A stretch of DNA of 64,000 bases. It comes from Nitrosopumilaceae archaeon. Lineage in GTDB: Archaea; Thermoproteota; Nitrososphaeria; Nitrososphaerales; Nitrosopumilaceae. A program made the translations under genes and the position numbers. The stretch is taken from positions 256,001-320,000 of the forward strand of contig CBDBCR010000001.1 of NCBI GenBank assembly GCA_965203465.1. The letters are read 5' to 3'. The notes under the pieces were generated by a model. It was not told where the DNA came from, searched no databases, and worked only from the letters and a program-made list of their open reading frames with translations. Position 1 is the first letter of the stretch, and every line of letters begins with the position of its first letter. Of this stretch, positions 46,972 to 55,887 are shown piece by piece.

Positions 46972-48273
46972 GTGAAGTTCCTGGCCGCGCTGGCGCTTGC
47001 CGCCCTCGTACCCGCGGCGTACGGCCACGGCATAGGCCTGGACACGGCCCCCCCGTTCGCCGTCGGCGGCGAGCAGATCTCGGTCACAGTCGAGATACCC
47101 TCGTACGCCGAGCCCTCCGAGCGCAGGACCGTCGCGGTCACGGCAAAGGACGGCGACGGAAACCCGGTCGAGGACGTGACCTACCTCATAGGGCTGTACC
47201 GCGGGGACCAGATGGTGTTCCGCAACTACTTTGCCGGCGGCGAGCGCCTCTCGATGGACCTGGTCGCCTCCGACGGCGACGTGCAGATAAGCGGCCTGCA
47301 GGAGCCGCTGCTGGGCGCCTGGACCTCGGCGCCCGGCTCGCCGCTGGAGATATCCGGCTCGCAGCTCGCAAAAGGAGGGCTGTACACCTTCGAGATAGAG
47401 GTGCGCGCCATAGGCGGCCCGCAGGGCGCCGTCGAGGGGCTCGGCGCGCGCACCGCCGACGTGACCGTGGTGGACGAGGCCGAGTTCGCCAGGGACGGCT
47501 CGGAGGGGCAGGTGCGGTTCACGACGCGCTCGTACTTTGACTCGGTGCGGGACCTGGACTACGACCCGCGGGCCGGCGCCGTCTCGCTGTTCATGCCCTT
47601 CGACTGGGGCGCCGAGCGCATATCCCACATACCGGTGGTCCACGTCGAGGTGCGCTTCCCCAAGGATTCCGAGATGGCCTCGCCCGGCTATACGGGCACC
47701 CTCAACGGCGTGGAGCTGTTCGATTCCTCGGTGGTAGTGGACGACTATACCTCGGAAGAGGACCGCATCGTCCATTTCGTGCTGCTGCAGGAGCACGTGC
47801 GGTTCGTAAAGAACAGCGGGGCCGGCCAGGACGGCATGCTGTTCACGCTATCAAAGTCCGACGAGGCCGCGTTCCCGGTCACGGCCTGGACGCGCGACGA
47901 ATCGCTGCGCGTGGACCTCTCGTGGGACCCGCCCGAGATTCTGCCCGGCCAGCAGACGCGCTTCGTCTATACCATACGCGACGGGGCCACCGCCGAGCCG
48001 CTGCGCGACTCCTCGTACGACCTGGTGATACTGCAGGGGGGCGAGGAGCTGCACCGCCAGTCGGGCAACGCGCGCGTGGGCGGCGACTATGCCGACTATG
48101 CCTTCCCGGAGGATTCGGGCGGGCCGGCCGTCGTGCGCTTCGAGAATTTGCGCGGGACGGGGCAGTCCACCGAGTTCGGCGTGGTCGTGGCCCCCGAGTT
48201 CGGCGCGGCCGCCCTTGCCCTCGCGGCCGCCTCGGCGCCGGTAATACTGCTACGGCTCCGGCGCCCTGCGTGA
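46972..48273 (+). CDS. PEFG-CTERM surface protein
   Basis: Signal peptide, HGIG, C-terminal APEFG followed by TM and basic tail. Confidence 0.8.
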   Translation: MKFLAALALAALVPAAYGHGIGLDTAPPFAVGGEQISVTVEIPSYAEPSERRTVAVTAKDGDGNPVEDVTYLIGLYRGDQMVFRNYFAGGERLSMDLVASDGDVQISGLQEPLLGAWTSAPGSPLEISGSQLAKGGLYTFEIEVRAIGGPQGAVEGLGARTADVTVVDEAEFARDGSEGQVRFTTRSYFDSVRDLDYDPRAGAVSLFMPFDWGAERISHIPVVHVEVRFPKDSEMASPGYTGTLNGVELFDSSVVVDDYTSEEDRIVHFVLLQEHVRFVKNSGAGQDGMLFTLSKSDEAAFPVTAWTRDESLRVDLSWDPPEILPGQQTRFVYTIRDGATAEPLRDSSYDLVILQGGEELHRQSGNARVGGDYADYAFPEDSGGPAVVRFENLRGTGQSTEFGVVVAPEFGAAALALAAASAPVILLRLRRPA

Positions 48274-50904
48274 TTCCGAGACGCTGCGCGCCAAAAATAC
48301 AGCGGAGGCGGCGATCCCGGCGGCCATGAGCGGCCCGGCAAGCTCCGAATACCTGTACGAGGCCGGCTCTTTTTCGGCCCGCACGGGCGCCCCGTCGGCG
48401 ACTGCCACGTACCCCACCTTGCCGCCGTTCTGCTCGGCGAACCAGACGTTGCCGTCCCCGTCCGAGGCCAAAAACTGCACGAACGAGGACTGCGTCGGTA
48501 TCGGGATCTCGTCCGAGCCGCCCCCGTGCGGGTCGTGCACCCCGATATAGTCCACGACGTGCTCTGCGTACCATATGTTGCCGCGCGCGTCGCGCGCCAT
48601 CCCGAAGGGCAGCGCGTCGGGGTTGCCCACCGGCACCCTCTCGGCCGAATCGAGCAGCACGTTGTACTTTACCAGCCCGGGCCCCGAGTGCTCCGTTATC
48701 CACACGTTGCCCTCGCCGTCGTCGAGCAGCGCCTCGGGGCTAGCTAGCGGGCCCGTCGAGGCGTACCGGACCCCGCCGGTGCCCGGATCCAATATACCGA
48801 GCCTGCCCGTTCCGGATTCGGTAAACCAGACTTTATCTCCGCGCAGCATCACGGCGAACGGGCCGGACCGGCCGTCCTCGAGCCTGTACTCGCTGAACTC
48901 GCCCGTCTCTGGCGAGTACTTTAGCAGCGCCCCCTTTGCGACTATGGTTATCCACACGCCGTCGGCGCCGGCCGCGATGCCGCCGGGCACCGACTTTATG
49001 TGGAGCGGGACCACGCCGGGCAGCGGTATGTCTTCCGTATCCCCGGTGCCCGGATCCACGTACCCGATGCTGCCGCCGGCCCCGTCCGTATACCATACCT
49101 TTCCGTCCGGCGCGCCGGCCAGCATCTGCGAGGCCTGCCCCCCTATGGGGTACCTTTCCATCGCGGCCCCGTCGAACCTCCACACGGCCGGCATGCCGCT
49201 GTCGCTGACCCACACGTAGCCGCCGTGGTATATGGGGTGGAGCGGCCTGGATCCCTCGGGCATGTCGTACTCGTTTACGTCGGTCCTCGTGTCCCGTATG
49301 GACGGCTTTACCAGAAGGTCCAGGGCGACCTGCTCGTTGGGGGCCTCTGTCCGGCGCGCCTCGATCTCTACGAGCCACGTGTCCGTGAACCCGAACGTCA
49401 CCTCGCCGGCGTAGGCCTCGCCCTCGCGTGCCAGCTCCGTCCTTATCGGCGGTATGTTTTTGGCCGGGTTGGACACCTTGACCGAGACCCCGTCAAGATC
49501 GGGCAGCTGCTGGCCGTCGGCCGCCGAGGCCACCACCGCCACGGCGTTCGGGCCGGGCGCGAACGGGAACACCTCGAGGTCGAAGCGCACGCTCTGGGCA
49601 AAGGCCGACGCGTCCAGCCCGTACTCTGCCGCCGCAGCCTGGCCGGCCTCGCCGCCGGGCAGCGCCGAGTTGGTCAGCAGCGCGACCGCGCCGAGCAGCG
49701 CCACGCCGAGGGCCGATTCCGCCTTGAGGGCCCCGCGCATGCGCGCGTGCACGTTGGGGCGGCGCGCCACGAAGAACTGGTGGTACCCGCCTATGCAGGC
49801 CATGGCCCCCGCCAAGGCTATCTTTGAGGCGATCAAATGCCCGTACGTAGAAGAGGCGATGGCCGACGGGTCGTCGTCGAGCGTCCACATGAGCAGCGGC
49901 CCGGTTATCACCACTACGCCGATGCACGCGGTGGCCAGCACGGAGAACCTGGGTATGACCGCCAGGGCCAGGCGGTCGCGGCGCGGATCGGCGGCCGACG
50001 AGGGCAGTACCCCGAAGCACAGAAAGATTATCCCGCCTATCCACAGGGCCGCGACTATGTTGTGCATGTAGTCGAGGGCCGCGGCCTCGAACAGCCCGGT
50101 GGCCGCGCCGTGGCCGGTCATGGTGGACGTGGCCGCAAGGGCCAGCGCGGAGGCCAGCATGGGCAGGCGCGCCCGGGCCGAATGCATGCGGTTTTTGGCG
50201 GCAAACCAGCAGGCCAGCACGGCCCCCGTGAGGCCCATCCTCAGCATCCATGTCTGGCCGAACGAGGTGCCCAGCGCCTCGAGCGGGGAGGCCTCGAGCC
50301 TCCATGCGTGGACCGCCAGCACCAGTACGTTGGAGGCCAGCACCGCCACGGCGCCGGCGCCGGCCACCGAGGCCAGCCCGCCCGACGGGTCGGCCGCGCG
50401 CGAGGCCGGGCCCTTTCCGCGCCAGCCCCAGACGAGCAGAGATGCGGCCAGCGCGCCGATCACCGCGGACTGGCCCACCAGGCCGGGAAACGCGGCCGCA
50501 GCTTCGGGATAGTACGCCGCCTCGGAGGCCGCCGCTTGCTGCTCCACGACGGCGCCGCCGACGCCGAAGACGAACGCGTCCGGAACAAGGTGGCCGTCCA
50601 CCTTTGAGAGCACCTTGCTGGACACCGTATAGATGCCCTCGCCGAGGGGCGGCACGCTGACCCTGAGCGCCTTTTCGCCGCCGTGGTACCCGGTGTCGCC
50701 GTTGTCTATCCTGTTTCCCGAGCCGTCGAACACCTTCAGCTCGCTGAACTCTATCTCTACTTCCTCGGAGTACTGCACGGTTATTACAGACGTCCCCTCG
50801 CGCGCGCTCGAGAGGCGCTCGGGGTCCGTCTCAAGCATGAACGGGTGGGCGTGGGCCTGCGCGACTAGCGCGAGGGCCAGCACCGCGGCGAGCACCAGTT
50901 TCAC
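48250..50904 (-). CDS. Copper resistance CopC/CopD fusion with YtkA-like and Vgb/NHL beta-propeller domains
   Basis: AHAHP...SKVDGH CopC, CopD TMs (TGH, H...W.GG), repeated VWFTE/IWYAE propeller blades. Confidence 0.85.
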   Translation of the reverse strand: MKLVLAAVLALALVAQAHAHPFMLETDPERLSSAREGTSVITVQYSEEVEIEFSELKVFDGSGNRIDNGDTGYHGGEKALRVSVPPLGEGIYTVSSKVLSKVDGHLVPDAFVFGVGGAVVEQQAAASEAAYYPEAAAAFPGLVGQSAVIGALAASLLVWGWRGKGPASRAADPSGGLASVAGAGAVAVLASNVLVLAVHAWRLEASPLEALGTSFGQTWMLRMGLTGAVLACWFAAKNRMHSARARLPMLASALALAATSTMTGHGAATGLFEAAALDYMHNIVAALWIGGIIFLCFGVLPSSAADPRRDRLALAVIPRFSVLATACIGVVVITGPLLMWTLDDDPSAIASSTYGHLIASKIALAGAMACIGGYHQFFVARRPNVHARMRGALKAESALGVALLGAVALLTNSALPGGEAGQAAAAEYGLDASAFAQSVRFDLEVFPFAPGPNAVAVVASAADGQQLPDLDGVSVKVSNPAKNIPPIRTELAREGEAYAGEVTFGFTDTWLVEIEARRTEAPNEQVALDLLVKPSIRDTRTDVNEYDMPEGSRPLHPIYHGGYVWVSDSGMPAVWRFDGAAMERYPIGGQASQMLAGAPDGKVWYTDGAGGSIGYVDPGTGDTEDIPLPGVVPLHIKSVPGGIAAGADGVWITIVAKGALLKYSPETGEFSEYRLEDGRSGPFAVMLRGDKVWFTESGTGRLGILDPGTGGVRYASTGPLASPEALLDDGEGNVWITEHSGPGLVKYNVLLDSAERVPVGNPDALPFGMARDARGNIWYAEHVVDYIGVHDPHGGGSDEIPIPTQSSFVQFLASDGDGNVWFAEQNGGKVGYVAVADGAPVRAEKEPASYRYSELAGPLMAAGIAASAVFLARSVSESRRAPEP

Positions 50905-51111
50905 GGGGCGCGTTCTTTCTGTTCAAATTTAAGTCGTCAAGGTGGGCGTTTGGGAGGCGTTGCCTGCGAGAATCCGCAGGTTTGCCTGTCGCTGCCTGCC
51001 TAGGGCCGGGCAGATGCCCGTGCCGCGAAAGGCCAGCGTGCTGATTTTTACACGTCCTATGCCTCGCCGCCCGACAGTTAGGCATAAAGGGCCCCGCAGT
51101 TCAGATCGGGC

Positions 51112-52002
51112 ATGGGTCAGGGGGACAAGGAAGTCCAAACAGGGATGAGAAGATTTGTAGACGTCGAGGTCGAAGAAGACGCGGAACTCCAAATTATGCG
51201 ACGACAAGAACGTCGTGCTTTTGGCCTTTGTTAGCTCTTACGTACCAAGAAAGTACAATTCCACAAGTTCAGTACGTGCCACGATTAGCATCGGGGACGA
51301 ATTCGGGATAGAAGAGGCTCTAAATCAGATTAAACGGAGCACAAGCAAGGCAAAGACCAAGAAGGCATACCTGCTGATTAATTCGCCTGGAGGTTTAGAA
51401 AGCTCGTCGTTTAAGATAGCCCAAGCAATAAGGGACACGTTTGAGGATATTACGGTATTTGTCCCGCACATTGCAGCTAGCGGCGGCACGCTTTTGGCCT
51501 TGACTGGAAACAGGATCAGAATGGGAATAATGAGTCAGCTCCAGTTGACCCCCAAATACCATATTCGAATCGCGTGCTTGTGTCGGTAAACTCTATCATG
51601 CGAGCCAAAGAAATGTTAGATCAGAAATTTGAAAAACAACCAGAACAAGAAATTAGTTCTCTGGACAAATATATGGTAGAAATGTTAGATCCAGTAATAT
51701 ACGAAGAGGTTTGCGGGTTACTTAAGGCTAGTAAAGCATACCTTTCTATCATTCTTCAGAAGACAAAATACACACCAGAAGAAATAGACAAAATATCGCG
51801 CATTTTGATATTCGGTCTGCCAACACACAGTTGCGTGATTGACAAGAATTTAGCCGCAGAGATAGGGCTGAAAATCGTATCAGATGGGGATGCAACGGAA
51901 TGGGATTTAATGAAAAAGTGGTTAGCAAAATATGTAAACGAAGAAACCGATCACCATTTCATTAGGTATTGTATTCCCAAAACAGAGAAAGTGGCGGATT
52001 AG
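51112..52002 (+). pseudogene. SDH/ClpP-like serine protease pseudogene with two frameshifts
   Basis: LINSPGG, VPHIAASGGTLLAL, PVDPQ in a shifted frame, PTHS; frameshifts near 51193 and 51540; low GC. Confidence 0.8.
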
Positions 52003-52100
52003 TCGTCGTTGCTGAGCTTCTCCCACTTGTCGTAAGCTTTCTTGGCGCGGGTATCTTCGACATCCGCCAGTTTCATGGTTATGTCCTTTGCTTCAGTCAT
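51999..52100 (-). CDS. Small ORF, 33 aa (MTEAKDITMKLADVEDTRAKKAYDKWEKLSNDD)
   Basis: GGGGAGG ribosome-binding site and CTTATAC box upstream. Confidence 0.45.
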   Translation of the reverse strand: MTEAKDITMKLADVEDTRAKKAYDKWEKLSNDD

Positions 52101-52316
52101 GCCTCCCCTTGCGCCAACTTTGTATAAGAGTGTTTACGGCTTTAGCCCGCTTGGTTTAGGCACGGCGAGCACCCACTCGCGAATATCCGAACTAGCGGAT
52201 CCAAGACATGCCTAGACGGGTGTCTGAGCACCGACTTGCAACGCATGCGCCCGCCCCTCCCGGCCTATCGTGTTTAACAAAACCGGATTCGTGGGGGGGG
52301 GGGGAGAGCTGAGCGC

Positions 52317-52578
52317 ATGCACCGCCTCATCCCGGAGACTTACGTCCGCGGCGCGGATCTGCCCGCCTGCGAGGTCGCGTATTCGGAGGCTGGCCTGCGG
52401 GTTGGGCGCCGCCCCGGGCAGGATGGCCTGCCGGCGCGGCTCGATGGCTGCATGGCGGACATGTCAAGGGACGAAGGCGGGCTCCGTATGCACGGTTCCG
52501 GCGTTGCCGGGGCAGTCGGCTACGGCGAGAAAGGGGGCCGCGCCGGACGGCGGTTCGGAAGAGGCGCCGAATCGCTAG
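52317..52578 (+). pseudogene. Degenerate copy of the HicB gene at 59702-60025
   Basis: VRGADLPACEVAYSE...DGLPARLD...MSRD, then after a frameshift VCTVPALPG. Confidence 0.75.
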
Positions 52579-53111
52579 CCGCCCCGGACGGATCTGATCA
52601 ACGCCACGGAATCTTCCCCCTCGTCGACGCAGCCGGCCAGCATGGAATCGAGGTCGCGCGCGGTTATGCCGGGGTCCGCGGGCCGGTCCATGGACGCCTC
52701 GAGCACCTCTATGCACTCCCGCGCGCTTTCGGGCAGTCCGGGAGGATCTGCGCCCGCGTACCTGAGGTGCAGCCTGGCCGCCTCGAAACTGAGATCCTCC
52801 AAGATCGCGTACACTCTAGCTCTGTTCCCCTCTCGGCACGCGGACGACAGGCGCGAGAGGCTTTCGCCCGCGCGGGCCGCCGCGTCCGCCCGGTCCCGGG
52901 GCGGGACGCAGCGCCGCGACAGCAGCGACTCGAGCCCGGAAAACGCGCCCTCGAGGACGCCCGCGACGAACACCCCGTGCTTGGAGCCCGACGCGGCCGC
53001 AGCCGCGCCCAGTCGGCGAAAAGACGCCGAGCACGCCCCGAACCTCAGGTCTCTGGCCAACGCCGCCGCGTCGCCCAGCTTGCGTGCAAACGCCGCTTCG
53101 GCTACGTCCAC
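52575..53111 (-). CDS. Fusion paralogue of 45662-46072 (N-terminus) and 45211-45657 (C-terminus)
   Basis: ALARD..F..C, KHGVF, LEDL.F match gene 1; LEAS..RP...IT..DLDSMLA..VDE.EDSV.L.RSVR match gene 2. Confidence 0.7.
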   Translation of the reverse strand: MDVAEAAFARKLGDAAALARDLRFGACSASFRRLGAAAAASGSKHGVFVAGVLEGAFSGLESLLSRRCVPPRDRADAAARAGESLSRLSSACREGNRARVYAILEDLSFEAARLHLRYAGADPPGLPESARECIEVLEASMDRPADPGITARDLDSMLAGCVDEGEDSVALIRSVRGG

Positions 53112-53177
53112 GCCCGCGGGGGGGCCGCGGTTCGGATAAATTCATTCCGCCCCGTTCCGGCGAAGCCGGCGCCGCGC

Positions 53178-53492
53178 TCACGCGGCCTCTTGGGGCTCGC
53201 CGGACGGCCTGCGCCCGCGCGCGGCAGTCGGCGCCTCGATCTCGGGCGCGCCCGTCACGCGCCACCCGCCGTCGCCCGTCGCGGCCCACACCGCAAAGCT
53301 GTCCGGCAGGCGCGCGCCCGGATCGTGCCACGCGATCCAGGGCCTGTCCCACCCGCGCCCCACGAGCGCGGCGGCGGACTCTTCGGAGACGCACGCGGGC
53401 CTGCCGTCCGGCGAGAGCACCGGCGACATGTCGCCGCACTCCCCGTGCGCGGCCGCGGCCAGTGCGAGCGCGAGCGCTACCGCCGGAGCCAA
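53178..53492 (-). CDS. Small secreted thaumarchaeal protein (C...DG.PACV...L..RGW motif), possibly truncated
   Basis: Signal peptide followed by CGDMSPVLSPDGRPACVSEESAAALVGRGW. Confidence 0.55.
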   Translation of the reverse strand: MAPAVALALALAAAAHGECGDMSPVLSPDGRPACVSEESAAALVGRGWDRPWIAWHDPGARLPDSFAVWAATGDGGWRVTGAPEIEAPTAARGRRPSGEPQEAA

Positions 53493-53596
53493 GGGCGGGG
53501 TCGGGGCCCGCGTTTCGTAAATGGCTTTCGGCCGGGCCCGGTTCCTGCGGACGAAAGATCGGCAGCGCTTAAACCAAAGCGCGGGCTCTTTACCGC

Positions 53597-53693
53597 ATGG
53601 GCCAGAGGCCGGGGCGGAAAAGCCGACTTGGGCAGCCACGCCAACCAGCTCAACCCCAACAACCCAAAGTACGGCGGTTCCAAAGAGGACTAG
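53597..53693 (+). pseudogene. Small HANQLNPNN-motif peptide gene, apparently frameshifted just after the ATG
   Basis: ATG-G then ARGRGGKADLGSHANQLNPNNPKYGGSKED*; CTTAAAC about 27 nt upstream. Confidence 0.5.
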
Positions 53694-53895
53694 CCGCTCT
53701 CCTTTTTTCGCGAAACGGGGCCGAGCTCCCCGGAACCGTCACCCGGCGGCCCGACGGTTTTCGTAGCGGTCTTGCGCGCTTTGGATCCGCCGCCCGGCCC
53801 GGGCGCCGGCCCGCGCCCCCCAAATTACAACATTCTGCAATTCTGCCCCCGCCGGCGTTAGCTATATTACGGGGTGGTCGGGCCATAGTGCCAAC

Positions 53896-54120
53896 ATGAG
53901 TGAAGAAGCACTCGCAGAGATCCTCTCCATCCTAAAGGAGAACAACACTCTGCTAAAGGCAAACCACGAGTACCTAAAGGAGAACAACTCCCTCCTGAAA
54001 GAGAACGACTCCCTCCTAAAGGAGAACGACACGTTCCTGAGGGAGAACAACGCCTTCCTGAGGGAGAACAACGGCCTACTGAAGGAAAACAACGCCATCC
54101 TCAAGAACAAGTCCTGCTAG
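53896..54120 (+). CDS. Small coiled-coil protein built from heptad (21-bp) tandem repeats L(K/R)EN(N/D)xL
   Basis: About 9 tandem heptads; TATATTA upstream. Confidence 0.7.
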   Translation: MSEEALAEILSILKENNTLLKANHEYLKENNSLLKENDSLLKENDTFLRENNAFLRENNGLLKENNAILKNKSC

Positions 54121-54147
54121 CGCGATTGCGCGGCTTTTTTTATCCCA

Positions 54148-54744
54148 TCAGCGGCGCCTGATCATGGACGCCGCGGCCACGGCCACCCCGGCCGCGCCCA
54201 GCGAGACCCCGAACACGGCCAGGTCGTAGGCGGCCCCGCCGTCGCCGCCCCCGCCGGCCTCGCGCTGCAGCGAGGCCAGCGCGTTCTTTATGGCCCCGAT
54301 CTCCTCCGAGCCGCCCGAGGCGCGGGGCGGAAAGTCGAGCACGGCGGTCCGCTCGACGTCCTCGACGGGCACGCTCAGCTCCACCGGCTCCCCGCCAAGC
54401 TCCCCCTCTATCCGCACAGAGTACGAGCCGGCGCTGGTCGGTATGATGTCGGCAAAGTAGCGGCCCGGCCTCTGGTCGGCCGAGATGTCCAGCCGCTTGG
54501 AGGCGCCGCCGAACTCTACGTGGGCCTCCATGGAGCGGAACGCGTGCGGCACGCCCCTTGCGACCCCCTCGGTCTCGCCCGGCTCGGTGACGTGGAACAC
54601 CAAGGCGTTCCTGTACGATACCACGGGCGGCTCGGTGCCCCACCCCGCCTCTATGGAGTAGATCCCGGCCTCGACGGTGGTGTGCGCGTACGCCTGCGCG
54701 GCGCCGGCGGCCAAGACCAGGACGGCCGCGGCCAGAACCTTCAC
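54148..54744 (-). CDS. Secreted/membrane-anchored protein in the copper cluster
   Basis: Signal peptide ending AYAH, GW.TEPP, C-terminal TM. Confidence 0.75.
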   Translation of the reverse strand: MKVLAAAVLVLAAGAAQAYAHTTVEAGIYSIEAGWGTEPPVVSYRNALVFHVTEPGETEGVARGVPHAFRSMEAHVEFGGASKRLDISADQRPGRYFADIIPTSAGSYSVRIEGELGGEPVELSVPVEDVERTAVLDFPPRASGGSEEIGAIKNALASLQREAGGGGDGGAAYDLAVFGVSLGAAGVAVAAASMIRRR

Positions 54745-54844
54745 GGAAGTGGGAGGGGGCAGGAATCTCTTTAAACATTGCGAAAGGGCCCGCCCCCGGG
54801 CCCGTCCAATAAAACAAACGCTGTTGAAAAAGTGTGTTGGGTTC

Positions 54845-55837
54845 CTATATCCTGGGAACCAGTCTGGTCTTTGCCGTTATCGCTATGATGCTCACGATGG
54901 CTACGCCGAGCACGGCCATGGCGACCGCGCCGAACTCGGGCACGACCTTGTAAGAGGCAACGTCGCCCGACGGGCCCGTTATCTCTTCAACGCCGAAGCC
55001 GTACAGGTACACCGAGACGTCTACGGGCGTCTCGCTAGCGTCAGCGAGCAGCGGCGCCGTGCTGTGGTCGCCCATTCCGGTGTGGCTGTGGGCGGGGCTG
55101 CTCTCGGTGCCGTCCTCCAGCACCGTCCCGTCTCCCTGCATCGCGGTCACCCTGTAGTTTACGTGCGACAGCTCATTGCCGTCAGAGTCGGTGAACGCCA
55201 CGCTGATCTGCACCGGGCTTCCCATGTCGCCGCCCTGCGTCTCGATCGAGACCATCACGTCGTCAAGGGATTCGGGCACCTTGCCTTCCATCATCATAGT
55301 ACCGTCGCCCATCATCATCTTGTCATCGTCCATCTTTTCTCCGTCCATCATCTTTTCGCCGGTCATGGCGTCCCTGTCGCCGTCCATCATCTTTTCGCCG
55401 TCCTTTTCCATCATGCTGCCGTTTGCCTCCATGCTGTCGCCGTGGGATTCGGTCACGTACAGGGTGCCGACCATCCACGGATGGACAGTGCAAAAGTACG
55501 GGTACGTCCCCTCTACCAGATCCTCTACGGTGTATGCGTCACCCGCATTTATGAGGCCGCTTTGGAAGCCGTTGGGATAGTCGTATCCGACCATGTTCGG
55601 ATCCTCTTTGAGGTTGCCGGCCGCCACAGTGTGTAACGCCGAGTCGTCGTTGGTCCACGTGATGCTGCCGCCCACGTCGACCGAGACTTCCGACGGGATA
55701 AAGCACTCGTCGGTCTTCTCACAACCGGGAGTGACGGATCCTTGGGGCATCGAGACGGTGGCGGTGGGGTGGTCTGCGAACGCCGCCGGCACCAGTGCCA
55801 GCAGCGCAAAAAGCGATATCGTCGTTAGTATCTTCAT
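54845..55837 (-). CDS. Plastocyanin-like blue copper protein with Met-rich linker and PEFG-CTERM
   Basis: W.NDD.ALHTV, YFCTVHPWMVG, MMDGEK repeats, VPEFG. Confidence 0.9.
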   Translation of the reverse strand: MKILTTISLFALLALVPAAFADHPTATVSMPQGSVTPGCEKTDECFIPSEVSVDVGGSITWTNDDSALHTVAAGNLKEDPNMVGYDYPNGFQSGLINAGDAYTVEDLVEGTYPYFCTVHPWMVGTLYVTESHGDSMEANGSMMEKDGEKMMDGDRDAMTGEKMMDGEKMDDDKMMMGDGTMMMEGKVPESLDDVMVSIETQGGDMGSPVQISVAFTDSDGNELSHVNYRVTAMQGDGTVLEDGTESSPAHSHTGMGDHSTAPLLADASETPVDVSVYLYGFGVEEITGPSGDVASYKVVPEFGAVAMAVLGVAIVSIIAITAKTRLVPRI

Positions 55838-55887
55838 TGGGGCCGGTTTCCGGCGTTTCACATAAAAACCGTGCGCCTTTTAACAGG

